Part shown: piece after piece, positions 9,841 to 19,887 of the stretch
Layout of the letters: every line of letters starts with the position of its first letter
Position numbering within the stretch: position 1 is the stretch's first letter
DNA from: Acidobacteriota bacterium
GTDB taxonomy: Bacteria > Acidobacteriota > UBA6911 > RPQK01 > JAJDTT01
Assembly: GCA_965231825.1 (NCBI GenBank)
Contig: OZ246889.1
Location: 4,531,692-4,595,691, forward strand
Direction of reading: 5' to 3'
Length of the DNA stretch: 64,000 nt
The notes under the pieces: model-generated
Databases searched by the model: none
What the model saw: the letters and a program-made list of their open reading frames with translations, nothing else
What the model was told of the DNA's origin: nothing
Made by a program: the position numbers and the translations under genes

Positions 9841-10101
9841 GTGGATAGGCCGCCGGCGGTTTCCAATCTTTCGCTTGAGGTTTGGAAATTCTCAAGGGTG
9901 GGAAGAATGTTTTCAGAATGGTATCTCAACCGACGTTATGCCAAGGGACTGGTGGAGGGACGCGCCGAGGGACGCGCCAGGGAGCGCGAGCGCTGGGAAT
10001 CCTGGAACCGCACACGCATGGCCGCCGAGAAACAAGGCAGGAAGTTCACCGAACCGCCTCCTGCAGCCGTTGACGACCACCGGCGCGCTGAGCGCGCCTG
10101 A
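9841..10101 (+). pseudogene. truncated paralogue: duplicated 3' part of the preceding gene, without its TM region
   Basis: 9897-10101 repeats 9582-9798 (GRMFSEWYLNRRYAKGL.EGRAEGR.RER.RWESWNR.RMAAE...) with a 12-nt deletion and scattered substitutions. It could still encode a short protein from ATG 9907. Confidence 0.4.
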
Positions 10102-10210
10102 AACCGGAATACAAAGAACGAACCACCGCGAGACCGGTTACTCCCAATCCCGAAAGAAGCCATACCTGTCCAGATTTCACCCCACAGGGCGCAACTGAGA
10201 TGTGCGCGCG

Positions 10211-11314
10211 TCACGACACCCTGAGCCGGACCCAGCGGTTGTGGGTGACCGACTCGACGGTGCACCAGAAGTAGACCAGGAGGTCTCCATCCGGTAGCAG
10301 GATTCCCCAGGGCCGGCCGAAGGCGATCTTCTGGTGGGCGTCGATGAACTCGTCCACCGCTTTCGCCGTCATGGTCTCCTCGCCGGCCCGGAACACCACG
10401 GCCTGGTTTTCGACATCGTAATTTTCCAGATCCTCGGTGATGGCGACGTGGATCCCCTGGGGTTCGCGCCGAAAGTTGTAGATGGCCGCCACCCGGCCGT
10501 CGGGCAGTGCGATGGGAGCGCAGAGCTGCCCTTGCAAGTTGGTGGGCCGGGGTTCGCTCCAGGTCCGGCCGGCGTCCTCGGAGACGACCCAGTGATCATT
10601 GACATCCTCTCCCTGCCCGACGCCCCAGGTCCGGGTCCAGAGGGTGGTGTAGATCCGTCCATCGGGCAACACGGCCTGCATCTGGTCGGCGTAATGGAGG
10701 CGTTCCTCCGGGTCGTCCGCCACCACCGAGCACTCGTCCCAGGTCTTCCCCTGATCTGAAGAGAAGACGGCCCCCGCCTTCTGGTCCACCGGCCCCACGT
10801 AGCCGTCGGGCTTCCAGGTTTCGAAGGGATACATCCAGCGGTCGGACGCGAGAATCAGGAGAGAACCGGAAAGGCTGCTCACGTATCTCTCGGCGGGCAA
10901 CGGGTTGGGAACCACCTCGGGTCCCGACCAGGATCGGCCCTGATCGGAAGAGCGGAAGAGGACCATCTGAGTCGGCTTCAATCCCTCGGTGGCCGGATTG
11001 TACATCTCGTCGTTGTCCAGGAGATAACGGGCGGCCGCCAGCAACAGGCTGCCATCCTCCAGGGGCGCGATTATGGGCGCCCGGTAGCACCATCCATCCG
11101 CCGGGAGACCGCCGTGGATGCTCCCTTCGTTGTTCCAGGTGCGGCCTCCGTCGATGGAACGCAACACCTCGATGTGGTTGTCCGGAGAGCACAAGCCGCT
11201 CCCGACGTGCTGGCCTGCCAACATGGATCCATCGTGTAGGACCCTGACGCAGGGAAAGTAGGCGCCACGCCCGGGGACATGAGACAGAATTCCGCGTTCG
11301 ACTATCTCCAGCAT
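10211..11314 (-). CDS. BNR/Asp-box repeat sialidase-like glycoside hydrolase
   Basis: 367-aa ORF with four Asp-box motifs: SIDGGRTW, SSDQGRSW, SSDQGKTW and SEDAGRTW. Confidence 0.75.
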   Translation of the reverse strand: MLEIVERGILSHVPGRGAYFPCVRVLHDGSMLAGQHVGSGLCSPDNHIEVLRSIDGGRTWNNEGSIHGGLPADGWCYRAPIIAPLEDGSLLLAAARYLLDNDEMYNPATEGLKPTQMVLFRSSDQGRSWSGPEVVPNPLPAERYVSSLSGSLLILASDRWMYPFETWKPDGYVGPVDQKAGAVFSSDQGKTWDECSVVADDPEERLHYADQMQAVLPDGRIYTTLWTRTWGVGQGEDVNDHWVVSEDAGRTWSEPRPTNLQGQLCAPIALPDGRVAAIYNFRREPQGIHVAITEDLENYDVENQAVVFRAGEETMTAKAVDEFIDAHQKIAFGRPWGILLPDGDLLVYFWCTVESVTHNRWVRLRVS

Positions 11315-11443
11315 GGGAATTTCCTGATCAGGCGGACCCGCCGGCCAGGGCCCAATGGAAAAACGACGCCCCTTTCCCGACTCATTTCTTTTTCCTCTTT
11401 CCTCTTTCCTTCTTGCGTCGGGTAATCCGTCGCGCCACAGGCG

Positions 11444-14323
11444 CTACCTCTCGTAAGTCACCCAGGCCGGAGAGCCCCAGGCGATCTCGCCGTCCTCCTG
11501 CAAGACCCGAACGTAGTAGTAGCTCTCACCCGAGCCGGCCGCGTCGCCGTCCGTGAAGTCCAGACGGAACGTGGGCTGGCCGGGCTCCGCCGAGTAGAGG
11601 ACCCGGTTGTCCTTGATCAGGTCCACCCGCTTGATGGTCCCGGTCCCCAGTATGGTCGCCTGGATTCTCACCGGCTGGGAGCTGGTGAAGATCTCCCCCA
11701 TCAGATGCTCTCCGCCGGACCCCACGAACCGGACGTCCAGCACGATGTTGTCGGTGGCGCCATAGGCCCGGCGGGCCCGTATGGCCTCCATCAGACCCTC
11801 CCGGGTCAGGCGCTCCGCGATGAGACAGGCATAGCTGATGTGGGTCGAAAGGTGATCCGATGAGGCGATGAACCCCAGCTTGAGACCCTTCTCCAGAGCG
11901 CTCCAGGCGGTGCCGTCGCGGCGGGAGGGCGAATTGTCTTCCTGGAGTGTCGGCGTGGGCTCCAGCGTCTTGGGTCGAGGCGAACCGGGATGCTCGTAGG
12001 TGTCGCGCATGCCCTGGTAGATCTCCATCAGCGTTTCCACCTCGGGATCGGAGTCCCGCCAGTCGGTTCCGGCCCCGGTGGCGATGGTGTGGGGGATGGA
12101 AGTGCCTCCGGCCCGGCGCAGGTAACCGAATAGGCGCTCGGCCCCGTCCAGACCCATGCGTTCCGCCGTGAGCACCTCCAGAATGTTGTTTCCGCGCTGG
12201 GTGAAGAGCACGTTCCGGTGGCCGTTGGGAAACTGGACCGAGCGCTCGTAGGCGTAAAACGCGGTGAAGTTGTCGTTGACGTGGAACAGATCGGCGAATT
12301 TCTGGGTCCGCCACCAGGCGTACGGCTCGGCGATTTCGTGGTTGTGGTCCGAGGTTCCCAGAAAGTCCATGGCCGCGGCGTCCCGCGCGTAGCGGTAGGC
12401 GTCCAGCAGACCGCCGTCGCCGCCCCCGTCCAGGGAGATGTCGGTGTGGCGGTGCGTGTCGCCCCGGTAGATGAAATAGGTCTTCCCGCCGGCCTCCACC
12501 CGGTAGGAGCGGATCCGCTCCACCTGTTCGGCCTCGTTGGGATGGATCCGGTCCACCGAACCGGCGGCGTCCGGCGACCAGGGCTGCAGGGCCAGGGTTT
12601 GCCGACCCGGGCTCGATCCCAGGGGAGAGACCATCACCCGCCCGTACTGGGGCAATGCCGACTTGGCGCTCCGCATGTCGGTGGCCCAGATGCCCCAGAC
12701 GCGCCCGTCCGCATCGAGAGCTGTGGCCGGCGACATGTCGTTCCGTCCGCTGCTCTGCCGCACCCGGACCAGCTCGCTCCACCGGGAACCGTCATAGCGG
12801 GTGACGTGGATTTCCCACATGGGGAAGTACCGAGGCCTGCCGGCAGGGCCCCGTTTCGTGACGTTCCGAACCAACAGCCAGGGATGCCCGTCCGAGTCGA
12901 TCTGGAGATGGGGCAATTCCCACTCCCGGGCCGCATCGAGGCGTTCACCCAGGGGACTCTTCGTGGTGAGCATCTGGTCCCCGTCCACACAGGCCAGACC
13001 CAACCAGCGGGACTCCCTCAGCTCCGTCCCCTTGCGTTGAACCAGCCGCCCCGTGTCCTTGCCCCACTCGGTGCCCGACTCGTGCCAAGCCACCCAGATC
13101 CGGTCCTGGGGATCCACGGTTACAGTCGGGGCGGCCTCGTAGCGCTCGGTCCCCGCCACCACTTGGACCGGCTGCCATTGACCTGCGGAGAACCGCCTCA
13201 GATAGACGTCGTAGTTCCCTGCCGCATACCCGTCCCAGACCACGGCCACCGATCCGGATTCGCCGGCGGCTGCGGACGGGGTCCAGTTGTTCCCTGCGGC
13301 TGAATCGCCCTGACTGAGCTGGAACGGTTCGCTCCAGCCGGACCCGTCGAAGCTTTGCGCCACGATCTGGCTTCGTCCTTCGATGGACTTCTGCCAAACC
13401 AGCCAGAGGTTCCCCGACTCGTCGGTGACGGCCCTGTGATAGATGTCGGGACCCGGCTCCCGGGTCAACCGGTGAAGACCGGACCAGGCCTCGCCGTCGT
13501 GGCGCCGGGCGTACAGATCCCAGTTCCCTTCCACCTGCATGGACCAGATGGCCCAGATCCCGCCCTCCGAATCGTGGGCCAGAGCGCTGCGGAACACGTC
13601 CGCCTCCCGGGCCAGGACCCAGACCGGCCCCCAGGCATCCCCCTGCTTGCGCCGGACGCAGACCGAATCGTGATGGCGCTCGTCATACTCCTGCCACGCG
13701 GCCCAGAGGTCTCCCGAAGGGGTGGCCATGAGGGCCGGATAGTCCTGCTGGCCGGTCCGCTCCCGGGCTACCTGAGCCGCCGGAGGCACCCGCTCCACCC
13801 GGACTCGATCTCCGAGCCGGGACCCGGGATGGAACAGCGGCAGATCCGCCGGTCCGACGGAGAAGTCCTGTCCTCCGGCCCGGACCTGGATCGGCGCCTG
13901 GTCCGGATTGTCCCAGAGCCGGACGAAGAGGCTGGGATGCCGGATCCGGGCTCGATCCTTATAGCGAACCCAATCAAGGGTGGTGTGCGCCAGCCAGCTG
14001 TCGGGCCCCGTGAGCCGATCGTTGGGAATCTTCGGGTCGACAATGGTGCGCCAGCCGGCGCCGAAGTCGTGGCGGTAGACGCCGGCCCGGAAGTGCTCGG
14101 GGACCAACTCCGCTTTCTGGCCCGGCTGAAGGCGGAGATTCCCCGACCAGTCCCGGGGCTCCGAATCGGTGAGGCCCAGAGTGACCCGAAACACCGAGTC
14201 GGGAAACCGAATGTCGGAGGCGGGAACCGTCTCGACTTTCGAGTCCATGGCCGATTCCCGGGATCCGCATCCCAGTAGAGCCAAGTTCAATGCCAATACG
14301 ACCGCGGCACCCTGCCTGTTCAT
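11444..14323 (-). CDS. large lipoprotein: repeated W-x-x-W propeller blades + C-terminal DUF3604/PHP-like metal-dependent hydrolase domain
   Basis: 959-aa ORF with lipobox LALLGCGS. Blades recur as GDLWAAWQEY, GGIWAIWSMQ, GNLWLVWQKS, DRIWVAWHES and GRVWGIWATD. The C-terminal GDTHRHTDIS...DFLGTSDHN...YERS..PNGHRNVLF resembles DUF3604. Confidence 0.6.
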   Translation of the reverse strand: MNRQGAAVVLALNLALLGCGSRESAMDSKVETVPASDIRFPDSVFRVTLGLTDSEPRDWSGNLRLQPGQKAELVPEHFRAGVYRHDFGAGWRTIVDPKIPNDRLTGPDSWLAHTTLDWVRYKDRARIRHPSLFVRLWDNPDQAPIQVRAGGQDFSVGPADLPLFHPGSRLGDRVRVERVPPAAQVARERTGQQDYPALMATPSGDLWAAWQEYDERHHDSVCVRRKQGDAWGPVWVLAREADVFRSALAHDSEGGIWAIWSMQVEGNWDLYARRHDGEAWSGLHRLTREPGPDIYHRAVTDESGNLWLVWQKSIEGRSQIVAQSFDGSGWSEPFQLSQGDSAAGNNWTPSAAAGESGSVAVVWDGYAAGNYDVYLRRFSAGQWQPVQVVAGTERYEAAPTVTVDPQDRIWVAWHESGTEWGKDTGRLVQRKGTELRESRWLGLACVDGDQMLTTKSPLGERLDAAREWELPHLQIDSDGHPWLLVRNVTKRGPAGRPRYFPMWEIHVTRYDGSRWSELVRVRQSSGRNDMSPATALDADGRVWGIWATDMRSAKSALPQYGRVMVSPLGSSPGRQTLALQPWSPDAAGSVDRIHPNEAEQVERIRSYRVEAGGKTYFIYRGDTHRHTDISLDGGGDGGLLDAYRYARDAAAMDFLGTSDHNHEIAEPYAWWRTQKFADLFHVNDNFTAFYAYERSVQFPNGHRNVLFTQRGNNILEVLTAERMGLDGAERLFGYLRRAGGTSIPHTIATGAGTDWRDSDPEVETLMEIYQGMRDTYEHPGSPRPKTLEPTPTLQEDNSPSRRDGTAWSALEKGLKLGFIASSDHLSTHISYACLIAERLTREGLMEAIRARRAYGATDNIVLDVRFVGSGGEHLMGEIFTSSQPVRIQATILGTGTIKRVDLIKDNRVLYSAEPGQPTFRLDFTDGDAAGSGESYYYVRVLQEDGEIAWGSPAWVTYER

Positions 14324-14417
14324 GGATCAACTTTCCCTGGCTTCTCGGAGTCGTGTTCCCGTTCGCCGACGATGAGCGTATCTCGTAAGACTAGACTCGC
14401 CCCAGGCCAGGGGATTG

Positions 14418-15494
14418 TCAACGGTCTCGCACCTGGACTCGGCGCCCGGTTTCGCTGGACTCGTAGGCCGCTTCCACGATGCGCGCCACCTGCAGGGCGT
14501 CGTCTCCGGAAGCCGGGACGGTCCCTTCACCCCAGGTCGCCTTGAGAAAGTCCCTGACGAAACGCTCTCCGGGAACCCCGCCATAGGCCGGTGACGAAGC
14601 CAGGGTGTATTCGAACTCCCGCCAGGGGGCGTCGGACCAGTCCGGATGGTCCGTCTCCACCTGGAGACGGTCGGGGGTTCCGGCGGACGAGAAATACAAA
14701 CGGCCCCGCCTGCCATTGATTCCCACATAGTTATCGTAACCCCCCACGTTGTGGTAGCCGCCGCCGCTCAAGGCCATGACAAATCCGACGTGGAGGGTGC
14801 CCACGGTCCCGGAGGCGAGACGGAAGGAGACCACGGCCACGTCTTCCACGTCGATCTCCTCGCCGCTCCGGGTGGCGACCTCGGCCGAGACCGAAACGAT
14901 CTCTTCTCCGGTGACGAACCGGATCTTGTCGACGTAGTGGCAGCCCAGCCAGGAGAGCATTCCGCCCCCCGAAATCCGTTTCTTGAAGAGCCAATAGTCA
15001 GGATCGCGGAAGCGGACCTGGGTCGTGAGCATCCGGAGTTCCATCGACATGAGCGTTCCCAGCAGGCCCTCGGCGATGATCTCCCGCACTTGGCGGACCA
15101 GGGGATGGTACCGGCGCCCATAGAAGACACCCAGCTTCCGTCCGTTGTCCCGCGCCGACCGGACGACCCGGCCGATCTCCTCGACCGTGGGACCGATGGG
15201 CTTCTCGGCCAGGACGTGATGCCCCGTCTCCAGCGCCTGGACGCAGACGTCGGAACACCGGTCGGTCCGCGGGCTGGCCACGGCCAGGTGCGCGCCCGCC
15301 TCCAGGATCGACGAAAGATCCGTCGATACCCGCTCCACCTTCGAGCTCCCGGCCTCCTCGACGCCGGGAATGAACTCCTCGCTTTCGGACCAGACCAGGA
15401 CCCGATCCACCTCGGGAAGCTGATCGAGTGTTTTCAGATGCGCAATCGAATGGGGATTGTCCAGACCCAGCAGAACCGCGTTGATTTTTCGCAT
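14418..15494 (-). CDS. Gfo/Idh/MocA family oxidoreductase
   Basis: Start moved to ATG 15494 (MRKINAVLLG), which has AAGGAGAG upstream. N-terminal Rossmann segment, then the EKP motif (LAEKPIG). Confidence 0.85.
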   Translation of the reverse strand: MRKINAVLLGLDNPHSIAHLKTLDQLPEVDRVLVWSESEEFIPGVEEAGSSKVERVSTDLSSILEAGAHLAVASPRTDRCSDVCVQALETGHHVLAEKPIGPTVEEIGRVVRSARDNGRKLGVFYGRRYHPLVRQVREIIAEGLLGTLMSMELRMLTTQVRFRDPDYWLFKKRISGGGMLSWLGCHYVDKIRFVTGEEIVSVSAEVATRSGEEIDVEDVAVVSFRLASGTVGTLHVGFVMALSGGGYHNVGGYDNYVGINGRRGRLYFSSAGTPDRLQVETDHPDWSDAPWREFEYTLASSPAYGGVPGERFVRDFLKATWGEGTVPASGDDALQVARIVEAAYESSETGRRVQVRDR

Positions 15495-15675
15495 GTGTGA
15501 ACTCTCCTTCCGAACCTGTCGTAGCGCCACCGATCTCAACGAACCGTCAAGAGGAATTCAAGACTACCACGCGGCGAAACTGGTAAGCTTTACAGCCGCG
15601 TGCGGGGCTGCCGAGACCTGCCCGGAAGTCTCCGGGACCGCCGCTTTCACCGTCATCGTTGAGAGGAGAGTCCGA

Positions 15676-16662
15676 ATGAAGTTGAGACCGTTGGGGAAGA
15701 CGGGACGCATGATGAGTCCCATCGGATTGGGTTGCGCCACCTTTGGCCGGGAAATCGACGAGGAGGCCTCGTGGAAGGTGTTGGACTACGCCGTGGAGAA
15801 AGGCATCACCTTCCTCGACACGGCCGAATCCTACGGCGGCGGCAACTCCCAGCAATACCGCATCAAGGAGTACGGGGTCGAAGACAGGCGCGAGGTCACC
15901 CTGGAGATGAACTCGTCGGAGAACATCATCGGCCGTTGGATGGAGGCGCGGGGCTGCCGGAGCGAGGTCACTCTCTGCACCAAGGTCAGCACCGGAGCCA
16001 GTCCCGGGAACATCCACAAGGCTCTGGCGGCGAGCCTGGAACGGCTCCGGACCGATTCGGTCGATGCCTACAAGATCCACTCCCCCGACCCCGACGTCCC
16101 CATCGAGGAGAGCCTGGACGCCCTCAACCAGGAAGCGGATGCGGGACGCATCGTGGCCCTGGGCTGCAGCAACTTCACTGCGGACATGATGCGCGAGTCG
16201 CTGGAGATCAGCCGCAAGCGGGGCTACCGCTGTTTCGAGATCACCCAGCCCCCCTACAACCTGGCCATCAGGGAATATGAGAGGGAACTCTTCCCCCTGT
16301 GCAGCCGCGAGCAGATCGCCGTCACCACCTACAGTCCTCTGGGAGCCGGCTTTTTCGCGGGCAAGTACACGGCCGGAATGGAAAAGCTGCCCTCAGGAAC
16401 CCGTTTCGACATCGTCCCGGGACACGGGGACATCTACTTCCACGACCGGTTCTTCAAAATCGTGGAGAAGTTGCGGGCCAAGTCCGAGGAGACGGGTATT
16501 CCCATGGTGCGCCTGGCCATGGCCTGGGCCATGAGCAACCCGGACGTGACGGTCCTGGCGGGGGCTCGAAAATTCGACCACATCGACAACGCCGTGGAAT
16601 CGTTTCGGATGGAGCTGGATCCGGAGTTGAAGGCCGAAATGTCCTCGTGGGGAGAAGTCTGA
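15676..16662 (+). CDS. aldo/keto reductase
   Basis: Start moved to ATG 15676 (MKLRPLGKTG), which has GAGAGGAGAG upstream. LGCATFG...FLDTAESYGGG...YKIHSPD...LGCSNF are AKR signatures. Confidence 0.9.
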   Translation: MKLRPLGKTGRMMSPIGLGCATFGREIDEEASWKVLDYAVEKGITFLDTAESYGGGNSQQYRIKEYGVEDRREVTLEMNSSENIIGRWMEARGCRSEVTLCTKVSTGASPGNIHKALAASLERLRTDSVDAYKIHSPDPDVPIEESLDALNQEADAGRIVALGCSNFTADMMRESLEISRKRGYRCFEITQPPYNLAIREYERELFPLCSREQIAVTTYSPLGAGFFAGKYTAGMEKLPSGTRFDIVPGHGDIYFHDRFFKIVEKLRAKSEETGIPMVRLAMAWAMSNPDVTVLAGARKFDHIDNAVESFRMELDPELKAEMSSWGEV

Positions 16663-16743
16663 TCCGTTGAAGAGGTCCCCCGTCAGGGCGGGACCGTTGA
16701 CGCTCCTGCACGCCCGGGAAGCTTGGCCGGGAGTACGTGACCC

Positions 16744-17739
16744 TTGAAGCCCAATAGCCGGACCCCGACGCCCGTCGTCGTCCTGAGCCGTTGCCTCGGC
16801 GTCGAAGCCTGCCGCTACAACGGCAAGATGATCCGGGAAGACTTCATCCACCATCTCTCCTCCTACGTGGAGATCCGGCCGGTCTGCCCCGAACTGGAGA
16901 TCGGCCTGGGGGTTCCCCGGGACCCCATACAGATCGTCGCCGGCGACGGCGGCCGGACCCTGGTTCAACCGGCGACCGGGCGCGACCTGACCCAACCGAT
17001 GGCCACCTTCAGCCAGTCGTTCATGGAAACACTGAAAGAGGTGGACGGATTCATCCTCAAGAGCCGTTCCCCCAGCTGTGGCATCCGGGACACCAAGATC
17101 CACGACACCGATCAGGAAACGGTGCTGGAACGGGGCGCCGGAATCTTTGCCAAGACCGTCCTGGAGCACTTTCCCGACGCGGCCGTCGAGGACGAGAAGC
17201 GCCTCCGGAATCGAGTCCGGCGGGAACATTTCCTGACCCGGCTCTATGCGCTGTCACGGCTTCGCCGGATCGCCCGAAGACCGACCCGGAAAGCCTTGCA
17301 GCGGTTCCATGACAAGAACCGCCTTCTGCTCATGGCCTACAACCGGAAAGAACTGGATTCGCTGGACCGGGTGTTGTCCGGCGACCGGGTGCCGGACGCC
17401 GGTGTCCTCGCCAGGGAGTACAAGAGGCGTTTGTCGAACGCACTGTCCCGGAACCCCCGGTACACCTCCCTCCTCGGCGTCCTGATCTACGCCTTCGGGC
17501 CGATTTCCAAGCAGTTGACCGACCGGGACAAGGCCCTTTTCCTGGATCGTCTCGAACGTTTCCGGAACGGCAAGATTTCCGCCAGCGGACCGGTGGGGCT
17601 GCTGCGGTCCTGGGTCCTGCGGCACGGCCCGCGGGACCTGAGGAACCAGACTTTGTTCAATCCCTATCCTGTGGAGTTGAACGAAGCCACAGGCCCTGCC
17701 ACGAAGAAGCCCCGGCAACGGACTCTCTATGACGTCTGA
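16744..17739 (+). CDS. DUF523 + DUF1722 domain protein (YbgA/TudS-like)
   Basis: 331-aa ORF (TTG start; start uncertain). LSRCLGVEACRYNGK and KSRSPSCGI are DUF523 Cys motifs. The C-terminal half is DUF1722-like. Confidence 0.7.
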   Translation: MKPNSRTPTPVVVLSRCLGVEACRYNGKMIREDFIHHLSSYVEIRPVCPELEIGLGVPRDPIQIVAGDGGRTLVQPATGRDLTQPMATFSQSFMETLKEVDGFILKSRSPSCGIRDTKIHDTDQETVLERGAGIFAKTVLEHFPDAAVEDEKRLRNRVRREHFLTRLYALSRLRRIARRPTRKALQRFHDKNRLLLMAYNRKELDSLDRVLSGDRVPDAGVLAREYKRRLSNALSRNPRYTSLLGVLIYAFGPISKQLTDRDKALFLDRLERFRNGKISASGPVGLLRSWVLRHGPRDLRNQTLFNPYPVELNEATGPATKKPRQRTLYDV

Positions 17740-17834
17740 GCCGGCCCTTTCCGGGGTCCCGGGAAACGCAATGGAATGGGCTCTTCCGGCTTGCAATTCT
17801 GCTAGTTCCATAGGAATCTGGCCCGGTTAGCGCG

Positions 17835-18821
17835 ATGAAACGGGTTCTAGTGGTGGGAGCAGGCTCCATCGGCCTGCGGCATCTGCGGCTCCTGGACGAG
17901 GTCGAGGGCCTTGCCGTCGAGGTCTGCGACAGCCGTCCCGAAGGGTTGACCGAAGCCGGGCTCGCCGTCCCCGGCGCCCGCCAATGGAGCGATTTCCGAG
18001 AGGCTGCCGCCTCCCGGCCCGACGTGGTCTTCGTCTGCACACCTCCCGCATCCCACGCCGCCCTGACCCGGATCGCCCTGGAATCGGGCGCCCACGTTTT
18101 CTGCGAGAAACCGATCTCCGATTCCGCCGCGGGCGCCAGGAGCATGATCCGGGATCAGCAACGGACGGCCCGGATTCTGAACGTGGGCTTCGTCCAGAGA
18201 TTCATGCCCGAGATGCTGCGCGCCCAAAAACTCATCCGGCAGGGCCGCATCGGACGAGTCTGCTACGCCCGATTCTCCGTCTCCACCTTGAATACGCTCG
18301 CGAACTCCCGCTCCCGGCACCAGCAGGACGTCTTCGGTTCGGCGGCCCTGGACTACGTCTACGGATTCGACACCTTCTGGTGGCTCATGGAGGAACGGCC
18401 CATCTCGGTCTACGCCCAGGGAATTCAGGTGGAGGGGCTTCCCTTCACCAGCCGCCCCAACCTCCTCAGCGCCGTGATCGAATACGACTCGGAGCGTGTG
18501 GCCGAACTGCACATCGACTACGTCGCCTATCCGGACCGCTGCACGTATACGTTCCAGGGAGAGCTGGGCTATGTTCTGGTGGACCTGAGCCGCAACCGCG
18601 TGGAGCACGGCGACCGGGAAACCGGACGGCGGCACGTGAAGAAGCTCACCGTGGACCGGGACGACGTCATGCGGGCCCAGCGGGATCACTTTCTGGGCGC
18701 TCTGGAGGGAGGACATCCGGTGAGCAGTCCGCCTCAAGACGCCCTTCACGGAACTCTGGGAGTGGACGCTCTGATACGATCTCTGAAGAGGGGGCGACCC
18801 GAACCCCTGGAGACCGGCTGA
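17835..18821 (+). CDS. Gfo/Idh/MocA family oxidoreductase
   Basis: 328-aa ORF with MKRVLVVGAGSIGLRH Rossmann segment and the CEKPIS motif. Confidence 0.8.
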   Translation: MKRVLVVGAGSIGLRHLRLLDEVEGLAVEVCDSRPEGLTEAGLAVPGARQWSDFREAAASRPDVVFVCTPPASHAALTRIALESGAHVFCEKPISDSAAGARSMIRDQQRTARILNVGFVQRFMPEMLRAQKLIRQGRIGRVCYARFSVSTLNTLANSRSRHQQDVFGSAALDYVYGFDTFWWLMEERPISVYAQGIQVEGLPFTSRPNLLSAVIEYDSERVAELHIDYVAYPDRCTYTFQGELGYVLVDLSRNRVEHGDRETGRRHVKKLTVDRDDVMRAQRDHFLGALEGGHPVSSPPQDALHGTLGVDALIRSLKRGRPEPLETG

Positions 18822-18839
18822 AGCGCGCGGAGAGTCGAG

Positions 18840-19877
18840 ATGATCGACTGCGACATCCACAATCGGCTTCCCTCCCTGGAAACCTTGGCGCCCTACCTGG
18901 AGGAGCATTGGCGGGCGTACCTTCGCGAGTCGGCGTTCGTGGGCCCCGACGTGAGCGACTATCCGGAAGGGACCTCCATTCCGGCGCGGCCGGGCACCAC
19001 ACCTCCCTCCGGGGGGCCTCCCGGTTCGGACCCCGAATTCCTCTGCGCCCAGACCCTGGACGCCTGGGACCTGGAGCTGGGCATCCTGAACTGCAACTAC
19101 TGGGTCCAGAGCGTCCACAACGAATACCTGGCGTCGGCGCTGGCCACGGCCATCAACACCTGGCAGGCGGAGCACTGGTTGACAGCCGATTCCCGGCTGC
19201 GCGCCTCCCTGGTGGTGCCGAGCCAGAACCCGGTCCTGGCCGCCCAGGAGATCGATCGGCTGGGGGATCATCCCGGCTTCGTGCAGGTGATCCTGCCGGT
19301 CCGGTCCTGGACCCCCTATGGAAACCGCCGCTTCGATCCACTCTATGAGGCGGCTCTCCGCCATGACCTGGCTCTCGGAATCCATTTCGGTGGCTCCTCC
19401 GGCAATCCCCCCACCCCCTGCGGGTGGCCCTCCACCTACCTGGAGGAGTACGCCGGCATGTCCCAAGTCTTCCAGTCCCAGGTCCTGAGCCTGATTGCCG
19501 AGGGGACTTTCGACCGCTATCCCCAACTGCGGGTGGCTCTGATCGAGGGCGGCTTCACCTGGATGCCCTCCCTCATGTGGCGGCTCGACAAGGAATGGAG
19601 AGGACTGCGCCGGGACATCCCGTGGGTCAAGCGGCCCCCGTCGGAGTACATCCGGGAACACATCCGCCTGACCCTGCAACCCGTGGACGGGCCTCCGCAG
19701 CCCCGGCAGTTCCTGGAGGTCCTGGAGCAAATGGACGGGCAGGACCTCCTGATGTTCTCCTCCGACTACCCGCACTGCCACGACGGCGCCGTGGAGGAAA
19801 CGCTCCCCGTCCAGCTTCCCGACTCGCTGTGGGACCGGATCGGATCTGAAAACGCCCGTGAGTTCTATCGGCTTTGA
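18840..19877 (+). CDS. amidohydrolase-2 family protein (ACMSD-like metal-dependent hydrolase/decarboxylase)
   Basis: 345-aa ORF. The N-terminal IDCDIH metal motif, IHFGG and the C-terminal SDYPHCH are typical of amidohydrolase_2. Confidence 0.8.
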   Translation: MIDCDIHNRLPSLETLAPYLEEHWRAYLRESAFVGPDVSDYPEGTSIPARPGTTPPSGGPPGSDPEFLCAQTLDAWDLELGILNCNYWVQSVHNEYLASALATAINTWQAEHWLTADSRLRASLVVPSQNPVLAAQEIDRLGDHPGFVQVILPVRSWTPYGNRRFDPLYEAALRHDLALGIHFGGSSGNPPTPCGWPSTYLEEYAGMSQVFQSQVLSLIAEGTFDRYPQLRVALIEGGFTWMPSLMWRLDKEWRGLRRDIPWVKRPPSEYIREHIRLTLQPVDGPPQPRQFLEVLEQMDGQDLLMFSSDYPHCHDGAVEETLPVQLPDSLWDRIGSENAREFYRL

Positions 19878-19887
19878 GGAGGAAACC

